NCBI RefSeq assembly: GCF_009914755.1
Contig: NC_060931.1
Origin: the human T2T-CHM13v2.0 reference genome, Homo sapiens
Strand: one strand, 5' to 3'
Length of the DNA: 64,000 nt
The position numbers and the translations under genes are program-made. The notes beneath the pieces were generated by a model, which had not been told where the DNA came from, ran no database searches, and was given only the letters and a program-made list of their open reading frames with translations. Of the stretch, positions 59,771-64,000 are shown one piece after another. Position 1 is the first letter of the stretch; the number at the start of each line of letters is the position of its first letter.

Positions 59771-60741
59771 TATTTGGTGACATCTGGAATTTACCTCCTC
59801 TTTTGAGCTCAGTATTTCATGTACTTTAAGGTCATTACTGAGCTTTCTACCAAATCATTCCCATTTGTGTCTAGTCATTAGATAATTCAGATTTCTACCT
59901 TGGATGCCTTGAAGTGATGACACCTTACCCTTGCTCATCTCTCTCCCAAGGGAATAAACCTGTATTTTGCTTTCAGCTTCTGCTTAGAGGAGCTGGCTCC
60001 ATCCAGAACAATTCCCCTCCCACTGGACATCAAAAGATTGCATTTCCATTGGCAACAAGTCTCAACATAGCTCAGAAACTACTGTTGACTACTTGTCTCC
60101 CCTATAACAATATTGGATCCATTGGAGAGTGAATCAGTGTCTCCCTCAAGTTCAGCCCACTCATTTAGATTTTTCATTTTAGACTCCGTGGGAAGGATGT
60201 CCCAGTGCAGAGTTGGCCTCTGTACCCCTGATTATGTTTCAGCTTTCTCTAATTTCTCTGCTAACCTGCTGTTGATGCCCCTAAAGGCACTCAATATTGA
60301 GTGTGCTTTATAAATACATGAACTACATGTATTTTATGAAAACATAAACTACAAATACGTTAAAATATACTGTAGATTCATTACTAAAAGGCATTATCTA
60401 TTCAGTATCCTTAATGTACAAATAATAAAAGAGATATGAAACCCTGTGTCTAGAGCTAAAAATATACCTTGACAGTACAAATACACATGGCTAAAAGGCA
60501 TTATCTTTTTAGTATCTTCAATGTACAAATAATCAAAAGGTCTGAATACTTCTGATTTTCATAATGGAGAAGGGGAATTGTAGAAACTGTAGACCAATTA
60601 GCTTGATGTCAGCTCAGAAAAGATTCTAGAAAATATTATTAATGAATGCTTTCTGAGAGTTTAATAAAAGAAGTAGTCATCACTGGGAACCTGTGGAGGT
60701 TCACTTAAAATGTTATGCCATCTATATTCCTTCTTCTGCAG

Positions 60742-60969
60742 CAGAGATTGCCAAACTTTTTCTATACATAGCCAGATAGTAAATATTTTAGGTTTTTTGG
60801 GCCATACAGTCTCTGGTACAGCTACTCAACTCTGCCACTGTAGCAGGAAAGCAGCCACATAGGCAGTATGTAAACAGATGGATGTGGATGTGTTCTAATA
60901 AAATAACTTAATTTATAAAAACAGGCAGCAGGCTGATTTGGCCAATTGGCCATCGTTTACCAACCCCTG
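60742..60969 (+). mobile_element. MER58A hAT MITE
   Basis: TIRs CAGAGATTGCCAAACT / GTTTACCAACCCCTG; CTACTCAACTCTGCCACTGTAGC. Confidence 0.9.
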
Positions 60970-61158
60970 CTTTAGAAGAATATCTTAGATAATGTGTACC
61001 TGATATATTCTATTCTTCTTTCTGATGGGAAATACTTTCTCTTTTTTTGGCGTAAAGACGTTTTATTTTCTTTGCTAATAAAGAGTTGGCATAAAAAAAA
61101 GCATCGCATTAAAATCTTCATAAAGGACATGGAAAAGGCTCAAGTTAATAATAGTTTA

Positions 61159-61365
61159 CAGTAAGTTCTCACTTAATGTTGTCAGTCATTTCTTGGACAC
61201 TGCTACCTTAAGCAAAATGATATATAATGAAACTAATCTTTTTTTCTCACCAACATTGTAGTGAAAAGATGTTGAACAAAAAGACGTTATCCAAGGATGT
61301 AAATCATTTAATTTAAAGTTGCAGTTTCCAAGAACCTATTGACTGTGCTAAGTGAGGACTTACTG
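61159..61365. mobile_element. Tigger-family MITE (MER6B-like)
   Basis: TIRs CAGTAAGTTCTCACTTA / TAAGTGAGGACTTACTG with TA on both sides. Confidence 0.85.
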
Positions 61366-62999
61366 TAGTTAGGTAGAATTATAACAGGTTTAATAATTAT
61401 GAAACATGAAGAGTGGTCTGTGGTTGCAGGCCACAGGCTGTGTGCTCTTGATTCAATTATGTCAATATTTTTATTAGTGACTTGACTGAGGTTGGAATTG
61501 ACTTGTGGATCAAATGTGTGGATAGCCTGATGAAGAGAGAGATCACTTACACTTTGGGTGATAGGAGTAAGATCCCAAAAGGCCTTAGGATAGCAGCTGA
61601 AATCTTTCAGGCTTAAATGTTGAAAACAGATAAATGGGAAACCCTGTGTCTGGAGCTAAGAATGTATCTTGACAGTACAAATACAAATTGTGAAAACATA
61701 GTTGAATAGCAGCCTGTTTGAACAAAGCTAAGAGAGTATTTCAATTAGAGTGCTTGCAGAGAAAGTTATCCAGGTGGTTGAAGGGACTCAGAATCATGTC
61801 CTATTAGAAATGGTTGAAAGAAGTGTAGATATATAGCCTAGGGGGATATATGATAACTGTCTTCAATTATTTAAAGGGCTGTCATGTAGAAGAGGAATTA
61901 GACTTATTCTGGGGGGTCCTGGAGGACACAGGGGAGAGCAGTGGGTAGAAGATACAGGTAGATTCAATATGTAAATAGGAACTTTCTAACAATTTGAGCT
62001 GTCCATTAGAGGGATGGGCATTATTTAGAGGGTTTAAGTCACTGGCAATATTGTAGACATCTGTTGCTGACCTTGTGGGGATGTTGTGAGAGAATATTAG
62101 CTTTGACTCATTATTGGATGGGATGGTTCTTATGGTCACTAACAATTCTGAGAGTGCGTAAAAGGTAGGCCGAGGGATAATGTGCTGCGCCCTACGTCCC
62201 AGTAGTTGGCAAAGTCCAAACCCAGATGTTTTGAGTCTCCTGCCTTGTTTATATGGTTGAAATGCTGACTTTACACAGTGTTCCATATATGTATCTGTAC
62301 CTGTCATCTTTATGTGATTGGCTAGAGACCCTGTCACGTTCACTTTTGTAATCTCACAAAGCTTGACAAATGCCCTGTACATAGGAGGAGCAAAGTGTTT
62401 GTTGACCTAAAGTGAATTACAGAACAGCTGAGACACATCTAAATATTGTTCTTTTACTGATCCTGGTTCCATAATGAAAACATTTGGAAGTTGACCAGAA
62501 ATTATACCTGGGGATTCCTAGTAGAATGGTGATGTAGATGGAACGGCTCTCTGCCTTTGTTTCTGTCTGTGGTACACCACACACAAATGCCAACACTTCA
62601 CCAAGAGTGGAAGCCATCAGGCTGCACTCTCTGACCAGGATTGTTTTACCCCTTCTGGATGGCAATACATCGCTCCCTTTCTTTTTCACTGCCTCCTGTG
62701 CATACCTCCGTGCTAAATTAAACTCCAGACCCTGGGATGTCTGGAATATATTTTCCAGTCTTCTGAATTCTACCACCCTGAAGTAGTCATTTGCTGTCAT
62801 CATAATTCTGGAAGATTTAATATTCAGATTGACAGTGGATATGCCGGTCTCATTCTTTGATGTTTGGTACATGGGCAAGTGGTCAGGTATCCTGGCCTAT
62901 TTATCACCATATTCTCCATGGCCTGTACTCAGGGTCAGGCATATGGTAGGTAGTCAGTGAATGTTTGTTTTTGTTAGTAGGACTCTGGTTTAGTCCTTA

Positions 63000-63343
63000 C
63001 AGTAGTCCCTTTTATCCATGTTGGTATGTTCCAAGACACCCAGTGGATACCTGAAACTGTGGACAGTACCAAACCCTTTCCATACTGTTTTTTTTTAATA
63101 TGATAACCAAGACAGCTACTAAGTGACTAACAGGCAGGTAGCATATACACCATGCTGGACAAAGAGATGATTCTCATCCTGGGTGGACAGATCAGGACAA
63201 CGTGAGAATTTCATCTTGCAACTCAAAATACTGCCTAATTTAAAATGTATTGACGAATTGTTTATTTCTGGAGTTTTCCATGTAATATTTTTGGACTGTG
63301 GTTGCTCATGGGTGACTGAAACCACAGATAAGGGGTACTACTG
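63000..63343 (-). mobile_element. MER44A-like (Tigger7) MITE
   Basis: TIRs CAGTAGTCCCTTTTATC / GATAAGGGGTACTACTG with TA TSDs; AATTGTTTATTTCTGGAGTTTTCCAT. Confidence 0.88.
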
Positions 63344-64000
63344 TACTTCTGTTTCATCCTAATGAAGTAAAGTTTCTTTGTTCATCAAGGCAGTATTTTC
63401 TTTCTCTTTTGTACCTACCATGCTCTACCTACCTCATGTCTTCATTTTCTGTGCCACTTTCTTGCTGTGTTTTATTAGGATAATGTTTTAATAGAATAAA
63501 AGAAGGGCAAAGGTATAGTAATTGAATGTCCTTCACTATCAATCCCCCCAACCCCTGAAGGGAGAAAGGAAGGAGAATGTGGGGGAGAGGGGAAGGAAGA
63601 AAGGAAATGGTGGAGAAAGTAGAGAATGAGAGAAGCATCCTGTTTCATACTGAGAAGACTTTGGTATTGAAGAATTTTGACTTTGTTAGTGCCATATAAC
63701 TTGTGTGTTGCTTTGTTTAAATTCTCGTCTGCTCTCATGTTTTCATTGCATTCTGTGGATAGCAGCTAAGAGAGCTTTCAGACACATCTGTATTAGAAGT
63801 AAAATAACTGTTAATGTCAAGACTATATCTTTGCTTTTTTCTCCCTCAGCTTCTTTTCTCGATTGGTAGAAAACATGGAATAATGGTGCCAGGGTTAGCT
63901 TTGCCTGGAGAAGAGTTCTGTTTGCCAGCCCTGCTGCAGATTGATAACCATCAAGGGAAGGATAGCCCAGTCATAAGTGACCTTGTGGACTGCGTATCTT

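Larger units (their letters stand above)
60550..62155 (+). mobile_element. L3/CR1 LINE relic (RT region to 3' end), interrupted by two MITEs
   Basis: 60585-60645 encodes frameshifted NCRPISLMS..KILENIINE (RT motif NYRPISL..KILE); 3' part TAACTGTCTTCAATTATTTAAAGGGCTGTCATGTAGAAGAGGAATTAGACTTATTCTG and GGAACTTTCTAACAAT. Confidence 0.85.

Noticed and set aside
61882-62878. The longest non-Alu ORFs (166 aa and 153 aa, minus strand)
   Set aside because: The first overlaps antisense L3/L2 relics; neither has a recognisable domain or splice context, and ORFs of this length occur by chance.

Overview
Primate (very likely human; an AluY is present) non-coding DNA that looks like the interior of a long intron or a gene-poor interval. 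I cannot support any protein-coding exon, RNA gene or gene name. Many of the longer ORFs are read-throughs of Alu, L1 or simple repeats, and the rest resemble no protein I recognise. The window holds about 31 Alu/FLAM/FRAM elements (many with clear target-site duplications, TSDs), six L1 3' fragments, many MIR and L2 relics, one L3/CR1 relic, two LTR relics and several hAT/Tigger MITEs. TE subfamily labels come from recalled consensus motifs, not a database search. Main non-obvious observations: (1) four independent short (41-100 bp) same-strand local copies of sequence lying 0.6-2.1 kb apart, each with micro-tandem repeats at a junction, resembling templated-insertion repair scars of different ages; (2) 13 consecutive minus-strand Alus over the first 34.5 kb; (3) a divergent pair of CTCF-like motifs at about 26.0 and 27.5 kb; (4) several plus-strand cryptic, micro- or poison-exon candidates; (5) TE-free homeobox/SOX/POU motif clusters that may be enhancers. 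I see no evidence for a novel multi-gene system.
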